Below are positions 1-13,815 of a stretch of 64,000 nucleotides of DNA, piece by piece; the first letter of the stretch is position 1; the number at the start of each line of letters is the position of its first letter. Origin of the DNA: Lingula anatina (Eukaryota; Animalia; Brachiopoda); NCBI GenBank assembly GCA_051362555.1, contig CM120644.1, forward strand, positions 15,832,534 to 15,896,533, given 5' to 3'. Under the pieces are notes generated by a model. It worked only from the letters and a program-made list of their open reading frames with translations, searched no databases and was not told the origin of the DNA. A program made the translations under genes and the position numbers.

Positions 1-2928
1 TCATCCGTACTCTCTCTCTCTCTCTCTGGTTAATCTTATCATCTTCTGTGTATCCACCTTTTTCACATATGCATTGCAGACCTTCGGTAAATGTTCCAAT
101 ACACGTAAGAATGATTTCTATCTTTGTGTAAAGCAATATCAAAAAATATTTTTCTTTCTTTTTTTTCTAAAAGGAGTCAATGTATAAACTAAGCATTTGA
201 TCTGCTCACGGTTGGGTCAAGGAATCAATGTTCACATGTCAGTGGAGTCGTGTCAACATAATTACGAGTACAGCACGTTTCGCTCGTCTCTATCTTATTG
301 ACTCAGGATAGTTAGTACAGTTCAATTGGCTCCCTGATTGACTTTGATGCCTCGGTAAAGGCCAACTGTCGCGACAAATTTGAGCGTCATATACTAGACT
401 ACTGGTGACATTTCCCAAACAATGAGCGCGCTATGCTGCGACACAAAAGAGTCAATCGAGGCACATAGGCGGACAGAGGAATGATGCAATGTTGTATGGT
501 GTAGTATCGACCGTGCTAAGTTTGGGCTATCTAAGTAAAGAAACCGACCCAAACGATATTTTCTCCATGCAAGTTGACAAGGTGGCTGTTAAAGTAGAAG
601 AAACGTGATCTCGCGAAAACGCATCTTTGCATGTAATACACATGTATAGTGTAAGGACATTCCACTCCAAAGCTGGTTTAGCTTTTGATCTACACAATAT
701 TTGTCACCCGGTCGCATCTCTCTCTAATCTGTACACATATCGCGATAGCATGCGAACAGTTTAGGCAACGAGGTATTTATGGGCAATTTACATTTACAAG
801 GCATAACATGGTTGTCGGAAAGCACTTGGTTCAATTGCTTTAATTGCAGAGGTAAACAGCCTGATTATCGAACACGACATTGCATTATACAATTGCATCC
901 ATGAATCACCGGTTTTCTTCATTAAGATCTATATTTGTAAACCACACATTTTTCTTATTAAGCAAACGATATTATCGAAGTTTGCGTTGTATAATAGAAT
1001 GAGACATGCTTTTCGTCGACTAATGATGGTTTGGCCGGTTAAATATCGCATTCACTGGGTAACTTTTGTACACCGATTAACGGCGATTATCAAATTAACT
1101 ATGGCATAAACGAGCCGATTAGACTATTTGTCCCCAAATCACCATAGGATTGACTTCCTAATGTGGATATCGAACATTTTGATGGCATTTTGACCACTGC
1201 GTTAGTTGCCCGAAAAGAAACAAGACATTTTGGGGGGGATTACCATTTGTTGGCTCCGAGATGTATAATTTGTAACACCAATTGACAATAGCTGTTAGAC
1301 TTAAATATTAGATCTATGTATTTGGTCACCAAGGAATCCATATCTGCCTATCAGTAGTTATTTCGAAATGGACGTCGGACTTTAAAAAAAAGTGACATCG
1401 CTGCACATTTCGAGATGGAAATTCTTGAACGTTGTAGTTTGTAAGAGTTTATATACAGCGAACGCTAATAGAGCGACAGAAATTCCAATAATATTTTTAG
1501 AGACTGACTTCGTGGTACAGCAATTATTAGGAAGTCACAGATACACAAATTTACCGAGGCGAAATTCACCGAAGTACATTGTGCTATTAGACTATAATTT
1601 ACATAAATCACTTTCGAAGTTTGAAGAGTAGGCCTATTACTTATTTCGGTAGACATTTGGTCTACACGCCAAATCTGAATATTGTCGTGACAATCATGCG
1701 TACATGAGAACCACATTAGAGACAAATTATTGTAATGGCGTATTGTAACAGCCGTGGTGCCAGGAAGTTTTGCGGCCGGAAGAAGTCTGGTACGCCATCC
1801 ACGATATCTCCAGTGACACATTTTGAACTGCAGTATACTGGACATGTTCCTTAAGTTGACAAATGTGAAAAGTTGGTTATCAAATGCTGCCAAAGGGAGA
1901 GAAATGAATGCGGTTATTATCATTTAGCCAACCAGTGTTTCTATTAAGGAGAATTATGCATAGACAAGCATACAACACTGCTTAGATCTTAACATAGCAA
2001 AACCTCACAAAACTTCCCTTTATAACCAAAGTATGCCCTATCCAAAACCAAATAAAAATGACAACGTTGGTTTTTTGAATTTATACAACTGTCATAGGTG
2101 AATGAGGAATAACACAAAGCCCCATGTTTGCATTCGTTTTTCCTGTCTTATATTTTCACACTGAAATAATGTATCTCCATGCACTGAACAGTTAACGTAC
2201 GCACTTGTCATGATGCGTTTTACAAATATTCCATCGAAACGCACCACCTGATACTTTTTCGCATCCATTAAAACTGTAACAAACTATAACACACGGATAT
2301 ATCGCGAAATTATACGACTATTTTCTTATTATTCTGAAAATGTGAAAGGACCCCTGAAATCTCAGTTTAGTCAAGTCAATGACACGTATCCCTTGATGAA
2401 TTATATTGCTTGAAATATCAGTTGTACTCGTACTTCAAAGTATCTCCTCAACTGATTGTATTCAGCAAGAGTACCCACGGAGTTGGGTCATTCTTCATAG
2501 ACCTATGGATCCACGAAGCTATTCAATTTATTCTTTTTTTAATTCCCCAAAAAATGGTGCCTGACAGGAAAAAGATTAAATTAAGTTAATTCAACCGTTA
2601 TGCTATAAAAAATCACTTTGTACAAACACTGTTACAAGTTATTCCTGGTGGAATGTTTAAATGTTTGACTTAAATTACCTACTCAATCAATCCAAATATC
2701 TGACTGCATCAAAATGAGGTTTATTCAGATCCTAGTGCTGATACGTCTAGGGATCTGTGCTTAGTTTTAATCAAATGTATAAACGGTGTTTCAATTCTTA
2801 ATCGAAGATGAAAAATACCAATCAACACATTCAAAAACGCAAAAAGTATATGAAGCGTTCCTTGGTGGCGGGGCTGGCAAATTTTAAAGTTAAAATTAAA
2901 ATGTTAAAATTAAAATGTTACACTAACA

Positions 2929-3099
2929 CCGGTGTGACAGGAATGGTAGTCCTAGGAATGGAACACCGGGGTCCCTGTGATTGGTAAAAGTTAGGGGTTA
3001 GTTTGAGTTTTAGGGTAAGTTTTGGGACTAATTTTACATGTACAAAGTAATGGGGAAAGGACAGCGGTTCCTAGCCGGCTACCATTCCTGATACACCGG
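2929..3099. mobile_element. MITE family A, copy 1 (CCGGTG termini, internal TTAGGG-like repeats)
   Basis: TIRs ccggtgtgacaggaatggtagtcctagg ... cctagccggctaccattcctgatacaccgg. A second, diverged, same-length copy lies at 38559-38730. Confidence 0.8.
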
Positions 3100-6007
3100 C
3101 TTATCTGGGGTATCAAAACTGAATTAAATGAAAGGCTTTCGGCGTTTTCGTGTCTTATTGAATGATAAAGATCTATCTAGCTCTCAAGGAGTCGGAATCT
3201 ATAGCTGAACAGGAATTATATCAGATCACAATAAACGGTGCTTGAATAAAGGTGGTCCACCCCCACCCATCCCCCCACCCCCCTTTTTAACAAAAACGAA
3301 AAATAATATTAATAGTAATCAGGTACATTGGTGGAAATACGCAAACGTTTGTTAATTTGTTGAGTATAAATATAACTTAATCACATTTCTCAACTGAATA
3401 TTAAAAAAATTAAGGACAAATGAAGCGGAAACTGCGGTTTCGGATCCAATTATTTGACGTTTAATTGATACAGTGTTCCCACGCCGAGGTGGCCCTGTTG
3501 TCGAAGTCCTAGGCCCGAGGCAGTATTCTCCTGCCGTTACCCCACCTGTAGTTGTACCAATCTAATTTCTACTATTACAATATCGGCAATGGTCCCAAAG
3601 AGGGAAAGACGCTGTCTCAAATAACTCGTGAAGGAGATCCTTTGGGACGCCGTTGAATCATTCATTAAATGTTATTTATCTTTCTTGATTTTTTTAAAAG
3701 CGCAAGACATTATAGGAGGATTTAAGCTGTCAAATGTCTTTTAAAAGTTATTAGAAATGGATTTCTAAACAGTAAGAAATATTACCATATTCAGCTCGTC
3801 TATGTAATATCCTTGCTTGCATTGTGCACGAGAGAGAATGAGAGAGAGAGAGAGAGAGAGAGTTTTCTATAAGCACCGCTATGCCGTTTGAACAAACAGA
3901 TAAGTTTGTTATTTGTCTACACTTATTCGTATACTACAAAAATGTACATGTAATACTTTTTGTTTAATATCTGAATCGATCATGGTCCATTCTAAATGTT
4001 TCTATTACCACATTACAAACTTAATCTTCGAAGTTGACCTCAGAACTGGCTTATTGACATTGGGAACGACTTCAATTACAACAATTAGCTGTGCTCTGCT
4101 TGATAATATCATCCCCATTGAGTTCCCGTTTGCAATGTCTTCTCATCCGGAATGCGTCTGTATGTGTATTTGAATCACTTTTAGGCACGCATTAACGTAT
4201 TGATATTCGAGACTCAACTGATGTCCCCCTTTTTCTCTTCAAAATCAAAATTAGAATTTACCTGCAATTTCACTGCCACTTTCAGGACTTTCATGCTGAA
4301 TTCCATTGAGATAGTTTGCTAACATTTTCTTCTTTGCCTGCTTTTAGTCCATAAGAACTAAACTTTATTTCATCTCCCGAAAGCACTGACCTTGTAATTT
4401 TTCGAATGATAAGGTTCCACAATGTCCAATTAGCACTTCAGGACACTTTTGCAATGTAATGTATATTTATAGACGGGAAACTAGTGCAATTTGGGACCAA
4501 AGCTGCAACAGATATATTATTTGATTTAAAATGAATATGACCTATGCTATAAGTATAGATCATTATTCTTTGTAAACTGCCATTGACATTTGCACGATTA
4601 TTTACCGTTTAGCGATAGCATGGCCGGATGCAGTCGTATATTAAATACAATCTAATACTCAATGTTCCAAATAGCGCAATGTACGCAAACTTGTAAAAGA
4701 ATATGACACATTCGCGAAAAACAACCCATCTATTTCGACGAACCAAGTTGTACATATATTGCCACTATTAACAGAAATGCGATGTCGAAGCATCTGGAAA
4801 ATTAGCCAAACGACCGTTTTATTGTCTACTTTATAGACCTCTATCTCCTGAACAATACTCCGGAGACGGGTTGAATCTTGATTTAAGACAACTCGCCTTC
4901 TTTAATGTTGTGGGTAATATTCAATGTATGTAGTTCGGGTCTAGCTTAAGCCTTCTTTTTCACATCCGGTGACCTAGTGACTTATAGTCTGGCAACTTTT
5001 TTATTCTTGTGATGGTCAAGAAGATTGACAATTTAGGCTACATTGGACAATGTGAAATAAACCGCAAATGTACCTGTACATCACATTGGTGTTTATTCAT
5101 CGAAGGTGGGGGTGGGTCGAGTAGGAGAATGGTCAGAGAGGCCCATTAGTCAATGCTTATACTGCAGCCATGCCAAGCCACGCTCTTTTTTTTTTTTTTT
5201 TTTTTTTTGTCTGACAAGGACACTTGTACTTACTTTACGGCGTCAAATCCGTACATCTCTTCGATCTGCCATAATTCTTGCTTAAATGCGAAACTAACAT
5301 AGACTTACTTAAAAAAACGTAGTTGGTTACGTCTTGCTTTGAGAATAATTTCCGGATATTTTATGGCGAAGGAAAGAAACAAAATGTGATTTGTACGTAG
5401 CATTGCCAGGTGCTTCCGCTATTTATAGGCATTTTTACAGAAAATTGTAGATACCTTATGGGTTTTAACATGTGAATAAGCTTATATTTACAAAGATAAT
5501 GGGCATGTTCATATCTTCATCCTCATCTGGATTTCAAGACAAAATGACTTTATATAAGACTGTCACTTTACCTATACATGTACATATGTATATTGCTTTG
5601 CGAACGAGCCGTATGTGTAAGGAACCCATACATGTTGATATTCCATCAATTGTTTCTGCCTACAGAAAATATCCATGATACAATGTACGCGTACTTTTAG
5701 AACAAAAAGAAGAGTATTATTGTTGGCAATACTTTCCATATCTTTATGTTTCGATTGGATATGTGAAAAAATGTTATCCCAACTAAAAACACGTCCTCAT
5801 CCACTGCTCAACTGGCACACTATAAGCTTTGTGTGATATGCCTGGGTATTGCGTATATAGTAACATCAAAATTAGCTGAATTTTGATAACCAAACATAGC
5901 AATATTATGGAACCTATTCGAAACTGCACTTCGGTTAGATTAAATAATGCGCTTATTGGTCAGTCACAGTATCTGATGATAGGGCGTTGAAAATGGCAGT
6001 GGGCAGT

Positions 6008-6051
<44 letters not shown>

Positions 6052-6959
6052 TGATTGGGTCTTGTTGACAGGGAAAGGACAGAATAATTGACACAATTAC
6101 TTAATATCAACATTAAAATGCCTGAAAGTTTGACACATCCTGGATACCTTCACATTTTTACCGTCAATTATGTTTAATTTCAAATTGGATTCTTCTGTCA
6201 ATAACGTAACCAACAGATAGTATTACATGTGAATAACGCTGGCTTTGCCAAATCTGAAACCGCTAAGTCACTAAATGACAAAAGACAGTATATATATAAA
6301 TAGTGAAGTATATTGTAGCACGTACGTAACCTTCCCATTCATTTGTTTTAAAAGAAAACATATAGTGCACCTTATTGTTTAAGATCCGCTGATCAAAAAC
6401 GGATGACGCATGCCTTTACATCACTTTAATGAATTACATTAATGCTGATGTGATTTTTAATCACTTCATACGGTTTTGTCTCAATTTTCTAGGAAAAAAA
6501 TCACTCAGCTTAAGGTATCTTGTTTAAAGACAAAACCTGTTAACAGGAAACTGTGAATGGAACAACCTGAATGTATGTTTCGGGTCTATTTTTCTTGCAG
6601 TTTTCTTCAACGATCACCGTAATACGAAAATAGTATTTTATTGAATGCAAAAATTGTAAGTGTGAAATATTTCTTGAAGTACACTGTGTCTCTTGTGTCT
6701 TGCAGCTTACCTTATTATTTGTGTAATATCCTCTTGCTTTATCTCTGGTAACCTTTGTCAGCTAAACGTTCTCGTAGGACAAATAAAGATAATTTTTTGT
6801 CCAGGTATTTCAGTCTGTTGGACAGCAATGGTCGATATATGCCCTTTGTTTCGCTCCTTTGTAGGCAAAAAAATAGTCTCCCTCTTAGTGTGTCAGCATT
6901 TAAAATGTCTCTCTCCTTTGCCTCATAGAAAGCGTCAAATTTTGTCACAAAGACTTTCA

Positions 6960-7345
6960 CGCGTCCCGAAGAATAGTAGATCTAGAAACGTTTGTTACGT
7001 TTGGGCGGGAGAGCGAGGGCCTGCCTTTACGTTGCGAGGCAAGAACTCCAAATCAGTGCATGGCCTGTGTTTGAGCGCCATTTAAATGCCCTCAGGGCGG
7101 GGAATTAGTGATAATTCCGTCGGCTTTTAAATCACCCACGTGCTGGGCGCCTAGCCAAGCGCTGATTGTCAGTGGTCTAACATATACTTAATATCGTCAT
7201 TGCTTCATTGATCTATGACAACACGCGTTGCAAAATGAGCGCTCCCTTTCAACTCTCCCGCAGTGCGGGCTTGGCCTCGCTCACACTACGGTTTCGATGG
7301 ATCGGTTTTGAATAGACCCGCAGCCACGATCTCCTGTATAAACCC
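6960..7345 (+). promoter_or_regulatory. CpG-rich promoter-like segment
   Basis: Locally GC/CpG-rich, with GC box GGGCGGGG 7095-7102, CACGTG 7137-7142 and TATAAA 7337-7342. Consensus GTAAGT donors follow at 7568 and 7762. Target transcript unknown. Confidence 0.3.
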
Positions 7346-9123
7346 GTTCAGATCGAGGCTCAAAATTGGTTATTGTCATCAAACAGATACACCTTGCTTT
7401 AGTCGTCACATTTGACTTATTTAGAGCTATTTTCATTTGCCAATACGTATTTTTTTCTATATAGCATTGTGAAATGAATTGTGGTTTAACATCAACAGTG
7501 CAATTAGGATGTTTGGCTTATATTTCTTGGTTCAGAAAAGAAGCTTAAGAATAAAAAAAAACAGGTCGTAAGTTTTGACTTATTCAGTCTTTAATTTCAG
7601 AATCCAGTTCCATAGGAAAATTTAGCCGAATAACTAGCGTGTTCGGGTTTAAGATCATTTGCGGAATGGGCACCAGACTACGACAAACCAGTTCAGGAAC
7701 GATTCGGATCCCTCGGTGTGAACGACAGTCCATTCGCTCGTGGCCTAAGGACATTGCAGGCGTAAGTTTACCATCACCATTACCATTGCCAGCCGATTAC
7801 ATACATTAATAGCTTAGAATACCTTGTAGTTAAAGTCGTGTTGACATTGATCATATCTCTATAGCTTTTTAACCAAGATCAGCGCGTTAGGTAACGAATG
7901 GGTTACGTCCAGAATCCGCTCCACTGTCCGGAACAAACAAAGCGGTTAACGGGCATTTTATACCGGTTTCCTTGTAAAAGAAACCTTAACTGTATTCTTC
8001 AGGGTGTAAAACGGTTCTGGGTAAAGGTATTCGGAAATAGACTCAACATAAAACGTTGTGCGAATTAACTATAGAAGCGTAAACCCGTTAACGTTTAGAT
8101 ATTGAGAGAGAACGCGAAGAAGGGAAAATAGAATCACGCGACTGCCGACCGTAAGAACGGCTTAATTGACCAGTGTCGGCCTCGGGCGAAAAACAGGTAT
8201 TTTTATCAAGTTGAACAATGATACAAATGGTATCATATTGAAAAGCGCCGATTTTTCCAGGAGTTTTTTTCAAGAGATCGCTGTTTAAAAAACGGAGGCC
8301 ATGGGAGCATGTAGAAAGAAATAAGTTATATTAAAGTAGGTGGGGGAATATAACTGGGAATAAAAGTAGGAAAAACACCAAACGATGGCGGCAATTATTT
8401 AATTTGGTAATGATGACTTTTGGATGAGACCATAAGCAATAATAATATGTGATTAGGTGAAAAAGCCTTTGATGGCGGTCTCGGTGGATTTGCGCGTTTT
8501 AGCACTAAACCGCACGGTGTACTCAAAATTAGGTTCTGAAATTAAGTCTTTGCTTGCAAGCATATCTTTAAATCAAGCACTAAATTAAAAGCACGTTCAA
8601 AGACGCGTTATGGTGATGTACGTGGTTATTTGCAACCCACTGTCTATTTGTATTCTGGTTTGCTAGTCGCCCTCTTGTCAACACCCATATTTAACAGTAC
8701 ATATCGGAGTATACTTGGCATTAAGGTTGTAATATGACGTCGGAATGAATTTACAAACCACACGGTGTTATAAAGGTAATTTAAGTACTAGAGTACCAGC
8801 GAAAAAGAGACGGATCAGAACCAACTCGATTAAACTTTTAACCACGCACCTAAAAATCATAAAGTTTTAAAAAAATAATTTCAAGATTTCCTCAATTTCA
8901 ACGTCCATCAATCATATGACTTAATTGCGAGTGTGGATTTTTTGTTTTATGGAAACTGAATTCAAAGCATCAGTTTGAAGTCTTAGGCTGGAATTTCATG
9001 GGGGCAATTTCGGTTGAGTTGCTGTTGCCATTTGTAATATATTTATGCACAACACAAAACACTGAAATCTACCTGCCTGCGAGACGAGACTTTTAGGTTG
9101 TCAGCCTAGATGACGTTAGCACA

Positions 9124-9190
9124 CCCACGTGACGTCTACTCCCTACCCACGTGACAGCTGCTTCCTACCCACGTGACAGCAACTCCCTCA
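9124..9190. repeat. Three-copy 22-bp tandem repeat, each unit with CACGTGAC
   Basis: CACGTGAC at 9126, 9148 and 9170 within ctacccacgtgacagc-like units. Confidence 0.8.
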
Positions 9191-12100
9191 CCCCGTCAGT
9201 TTATTGTATCATCATTGCATCACGACATTTCACGATTATCTAACGTGCACGTGTTAACCTTAATACTTCCCGAAGGGAAACAAAAATTACAACTGTGTAT
9301 TGTTGTCGACGGTAACCCCAAGATACAGGAAATAAAACTACCCGGATTTTGAACCCATCTGAGTGCAAGAGACAGCTTCAAGTGCAAAAGTCAGGTTCTT
9401 TGAAATAAACGTTTGGCAGATCCAAAATGTACAGAGGAAAAAATTATGAGGTCTATGGGAATCATTTTCGAAAAGGGAAAAAAATGGGTAAAAATATGTA
9501 CGCATAAGTTTAAATCAATTAGTCAAACCTTATACAGACTAGTACCTCATAATTTCACTTATTATAATTTTTTTTATTTATTTATTATTTTTTTGACTGC
9601 GCTTACCTCTCTCCGTCAAAGATAACGCAGCATAAAGTACATGGGATATCTAAGGCCTCCACCCAGGAGGTCACACATGTAAAACCTCACATATCACGCA
9701 ACCCATTGTTTCTCCCCCGACTTTACATCAGTCACCATACAACTACAGCTTTCAGCCTTTCCTTGCCGCTTCCGTTTCCAATTCTGTTTCGTTTGTGTCA
9801 AACCCTCACCGCCGCTTCCTCTTCTAACTCTGTTTCGTGTTGTTAATACAGCGTCCTTGTAGCTCATGGCTGATTCAAAGAAAAGTGAAGTTATCTATCA
9901 AACGTTCCGGGGCAACAAGTACATTAATAGAGGTCTGGACTTTCAAACGGTCTCTGAAACGTTACACTTCCCAGGTTTTGTTTTAATTCTTTTTTCTCCG
10001 ACATCCGTTTCCGGTTACCCTTTGGAGTTCGTTTAAGTGGGGCAACATTTAAAAGGCTGTCCTAGCTATTTTTTCTGTATTATTTAACGCTGTTGAACGT
10101 CACATTAAATGACCAGGGCTTACCTGGAAAACTATATATAAAAGTGCCATTTTCATAAAACAACATCACTTCTTGGAAGGCATACTCCTGGGCCTTGTGC
10201 TATTTGAGCAAAAACCTATAAAAAGGATTGAGTGGTGAATCATTTTAGATATTTAAAGATCTGGGTTTATCTTAATGTTTTTTAAAACCTTAAATTTACT
10301 TTAGACCATATCGAGTTGCCTTTTCCATAAAACCTTTTATTGAAATATTAATGCTAGTTGTGTTACTCTGAATAAATTTCGTGTGACCTCAATTAGACAA
10401 AGATGAAGAGTATATAAAAAAAAATACTGGATATTTTGCTCGAGGTGTGACATGACCAAAATTAGTCAGACCGTTTGGAGATCCAACAAAATAAATGAGG
10501 TTTTTAATCCATGCTGCTTTGAAAGAAGCAAAACCTACATGTATTTGTACCTGATTCCTATTTTGACTTGTACATTTTGTTGAAAATATGGACGTAAAAG
10601 AAGAACATGCCATAAGTATTCTAACGTTTAAATTAACACTTTTAAATGAAATGATAAATCGTGCCCATTTAAAGTTCATTTAAACAGATTCATAAGCTAT
10701 GATGAAGGAAAACAAACAGCCCATGATCTGTAATGCTATTATAAAACGATAGAATTTATTTTCTAAAGATACCCCAGTGAGTCTTCTTAACAACCAAACG
10801 CGTTTATTAAACGGTTTTTAAATATAGCTTATTATCTACTGATGATCAAGTAAAGTCAGGACCTTCCCATGTGCGAAATGATCCGAGTGGACACGAAACA
10901 GGGAGAAAAATAAAGAAATTGGCATAGGTTTCTGTTGAAAAGATCTCTAGATCTACATGTAAGACTATTTCTTTTTAATATAGGGCGATGGATATATGGG
11001 AACATTTGTTTATATTTACATAATGATAACGGAATTAAGAACGTCCATAATACGTTAGATATTGTACATGTACTCAGTATAAATTTACACTGTATATACA
11101 TGTAAAGTAGCATCTCATTAAAGATATCAATTTTAGGGTGCACACACACACATGCCAGATAAGCATTTTGATCAAAGATTTTGACTATGAAATGATAATG
11201 AAAGTTTGCCAAAATCAAAACAGAACGTTTAAGATGTAATGACGTAGTTTCAACGCCAACGAAGAGTATTAGTAAACCAAATTCAACATTCCGAAATAAT
11301 GCGGAACGCGTTATTTAACCCGATAATTCTGCTTTTTGGGACAAGTCACCATTTTGCAACTATAAAGCCGTTGAGTAGCCGACTATAACTGATTAAACAA
11401 CATTTCCAATAAGCTGAGCTGTGTTTCCGTTTTAGTTATTGTGCAATGCATGTTTGCAGGTTTCAATGCAATCGAGGTCAGTACGGGATTAAGAGCTAAA
11501 TAACGGTCTTAAAAAGGTAGAACACGCGGTAGGAAGTAGGACCCGCGGCTACGATCCCCTCCCTTGGCTGCGATCAAATACCAGTAATCCCTTTACTTAC
11601 GTATGTAACCTACCGCTTACACATGTGTGGCTTACCGGGTACTTATTAAAAACAATGTGCAGTGTGACAAAATGTTTTTTGTGTGAGGCTTAAACTTTCG
11701 ACCCTTCGTGAAAAGATCTTGGTTTTACTCACTTATGGATTGTCTCTGTTTTTTTTTTCGTCATAACACAAGTGCCAAATGAAAAAAGCTGTTTCCTCGA
11801 ATATACTGGTAGCTACTTATGGGCCCCACGCATTTCGAGAAACTTACTACCACAGCTGCGTTATTGTTTTTGCCAAATAGTTTTTGTGAGATAATGTACA
11901 AATTTAAAAATTGGGAAAAATATTGATTAATTAAAATCGTGCTTGTTGGTTTGATTCAATGCAAATAAATGGAGTTTTTTTCTCTCCGCCATTTCTTGAC
12001 GTTCAGTCAAATGTTAAACACTTTAGATATAAGTGCTAAAATTCAAAATTTTCAACCCCAACAGAAGTGACGCGAATTGCCATTCCTGATTCGCCTTGAA

Positions 12101-12663
12101 TAAGAATCGAGATCGTCTGCTCTTCGTACCGAGTGACTCGTGCACCCAAGACAGGCTTAGGATATCCGGTTTCCTTCACACTTCTTGAGCGACAATAGCC
12201 AATTCTGCAAACAATTCATTAAAGGATGACAAAGGTGTATTATTATTTCGTGTCTATTTCTAGCAATGAAGAAATGTCATCAATCACCCACGATGCCATT
12301 AACACTAATATATAGTGAGGTTGACATGGACATTCTTCATATCTGATATAACCTAATTCTATATTTAAAAAAAATCACATGTATGTATCTAAAGTGCGTT
12401 ACTGATTTATGATTCTGTAATGTATTTCTGTACATTTTCACGCTGTTTTATCGCGTGGATTAAGTACAAAAAAAACCCAGGAAACAATGTGCTGTTTTCT
12501 TTCTTTCTCGTCCAGGGGAAAGTCTTTCTAAAATGTGTATATACACACATTTATAGGCTATAAACATTATATTACCACTTTGATGTCGCAATCTTTAAGT
12601 TTTTGAAGTTCTAGAGATGAAAAGACAATTTGCTTTGTTTTCCAGAAGAGTCACCTTTAGTGT

Positions 12664-12665
12664 AT

Positions 12666-12724
<59 letters not shown>

Positions 12725-12726
12725 TT
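12664..12726. repeat. (ATTT)n microsatellite
   Basis: Directly visible tetranucleotide array. Confidence 0.95.
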
Positions 12727-13101
12727 GTTGTTGTTTTTGTTGTTGATGTTACAATTATTATCATTTTATTAGAATTATTAGCATTACACTCTAATGTTTT
12801 TCTCCCAAACCGTTTTTCAACCTGGCGCAGTTTAGGCTAAAGTCCCAAATGACACGTCAAACAATCTCCATTATACCCAGTCATCTGACATCAGTAAAAA
12901 TATGACTTGGCTATTGAAAAGGGTGACGCACTATGACACTGTTCATTGTGAAAATAATTAAAAAATGACATATTTTGATGTTGGCTTTGTTGCAATTTCA
13001 CTTAAAAAACAACATTTCCGGTGTCAAATAAGACTTAGAAAGTATTGCCAAAGCGTTTGATCTAAATTTCATTTTTGGGTCTGTTCTTCATACTGCATGG
13101 C

Positions 13102-13284
13102 CAGGCCCGTAGCCAGCGATTTCAAAAGGCGGGATCTTTTTTTTTTTCTGAAAAAGTGAGCCTTTAACCATGAGACCTTTGTGTACCTAAATAAAATTAC
13201 ACCCAGAGGGGAACTTTTCCCTGCAAAAAAAGAGGGAGGGGGTCTTTCGAACCCCCTTAACCCTACCACCTGGCTACGGGACCG
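13102..13284 (+). mobile_element. MITE family B, copy 1
   Basis: TIRs caggcccgtagccag ... ctggctacgggaccg, with tggc on both flanks. Internal sequence is the reverse complement of 14408-14579. Confidence 0.85.
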
Positions 13285-13640
13285 TGGCCATCGCACAGAA
13301 GGCACCAGGCATTGCAACGTGCATGACTCACAACAAATTTTGTTTTGCTGGAAAATTCATTCCCAATCATTTACCGGAATACATGTCAAACCAGAAACAC
13401 AATTAATACACTGATCTGACACGAAATGACCAGCCCAAGACATAAGCTGACAGGATATAAGGTTTTCCCGTCGATCCGCTATCATAAACGAGATCGGATT
13501 ACTTCAGATCAACCCACATGTAGAATTAAGGGGTTTGGAATCAACTGGAAGCGACCTCTGCAGTCCTTAGTTTCAGAACTGGACGGTGGCCAGCTTCTTT
13601 GTTTTCAAAGTACCATACTTGACCCTTCGAATGAAACCAT

Positions 13641-13815
13641 GGTCGCATCCAGAAGTGGACTAACTAGTCTGAGGGTCAAATATGGCCGACTCAATTGGAT
13701 ACTTCCCGACGGGGAATCTATTCAGTGTCTATTAGCAGATAATATTTCAAGCTTTATAGTGGGTCGCCATATTTTTGACCCTCGGACTAGTAAGTCCACT
13801 GTTCTGAAAGCGGCC
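13641..13815. mobile_element. MITE family C (PIF/Harbinger-like), copy 1
   Basis: Long inverted arms gtggactaactagtctgagggtcaaatatggc / gccatatttttgaccctcggactagtaagtccac, termini ggtcgcat...aagcggcc. Internal motifs atatggccgac and aatctatt(c/g)agtg..tattag are shared with 53601-53808. Confidence 0.75.

Noticed and set aside
1465-1923. 152-aa minus-strand ORF
   Set aside because: No recognisable domain, non-coding-like composition and no convincing splice context.
4258-4325. Minus-strand mini-exon-like MLANYLNGIQHESPESGSEIAG followed by gtaaat
   Set aside because: No downstream partner exon or similarity recognised. Could be chance or a decayed repeat.
6693-7085. 130-aa ORF
   Set aside because: Non-ATG start, no recognisable family, and it overlaps promoter-like sequence.
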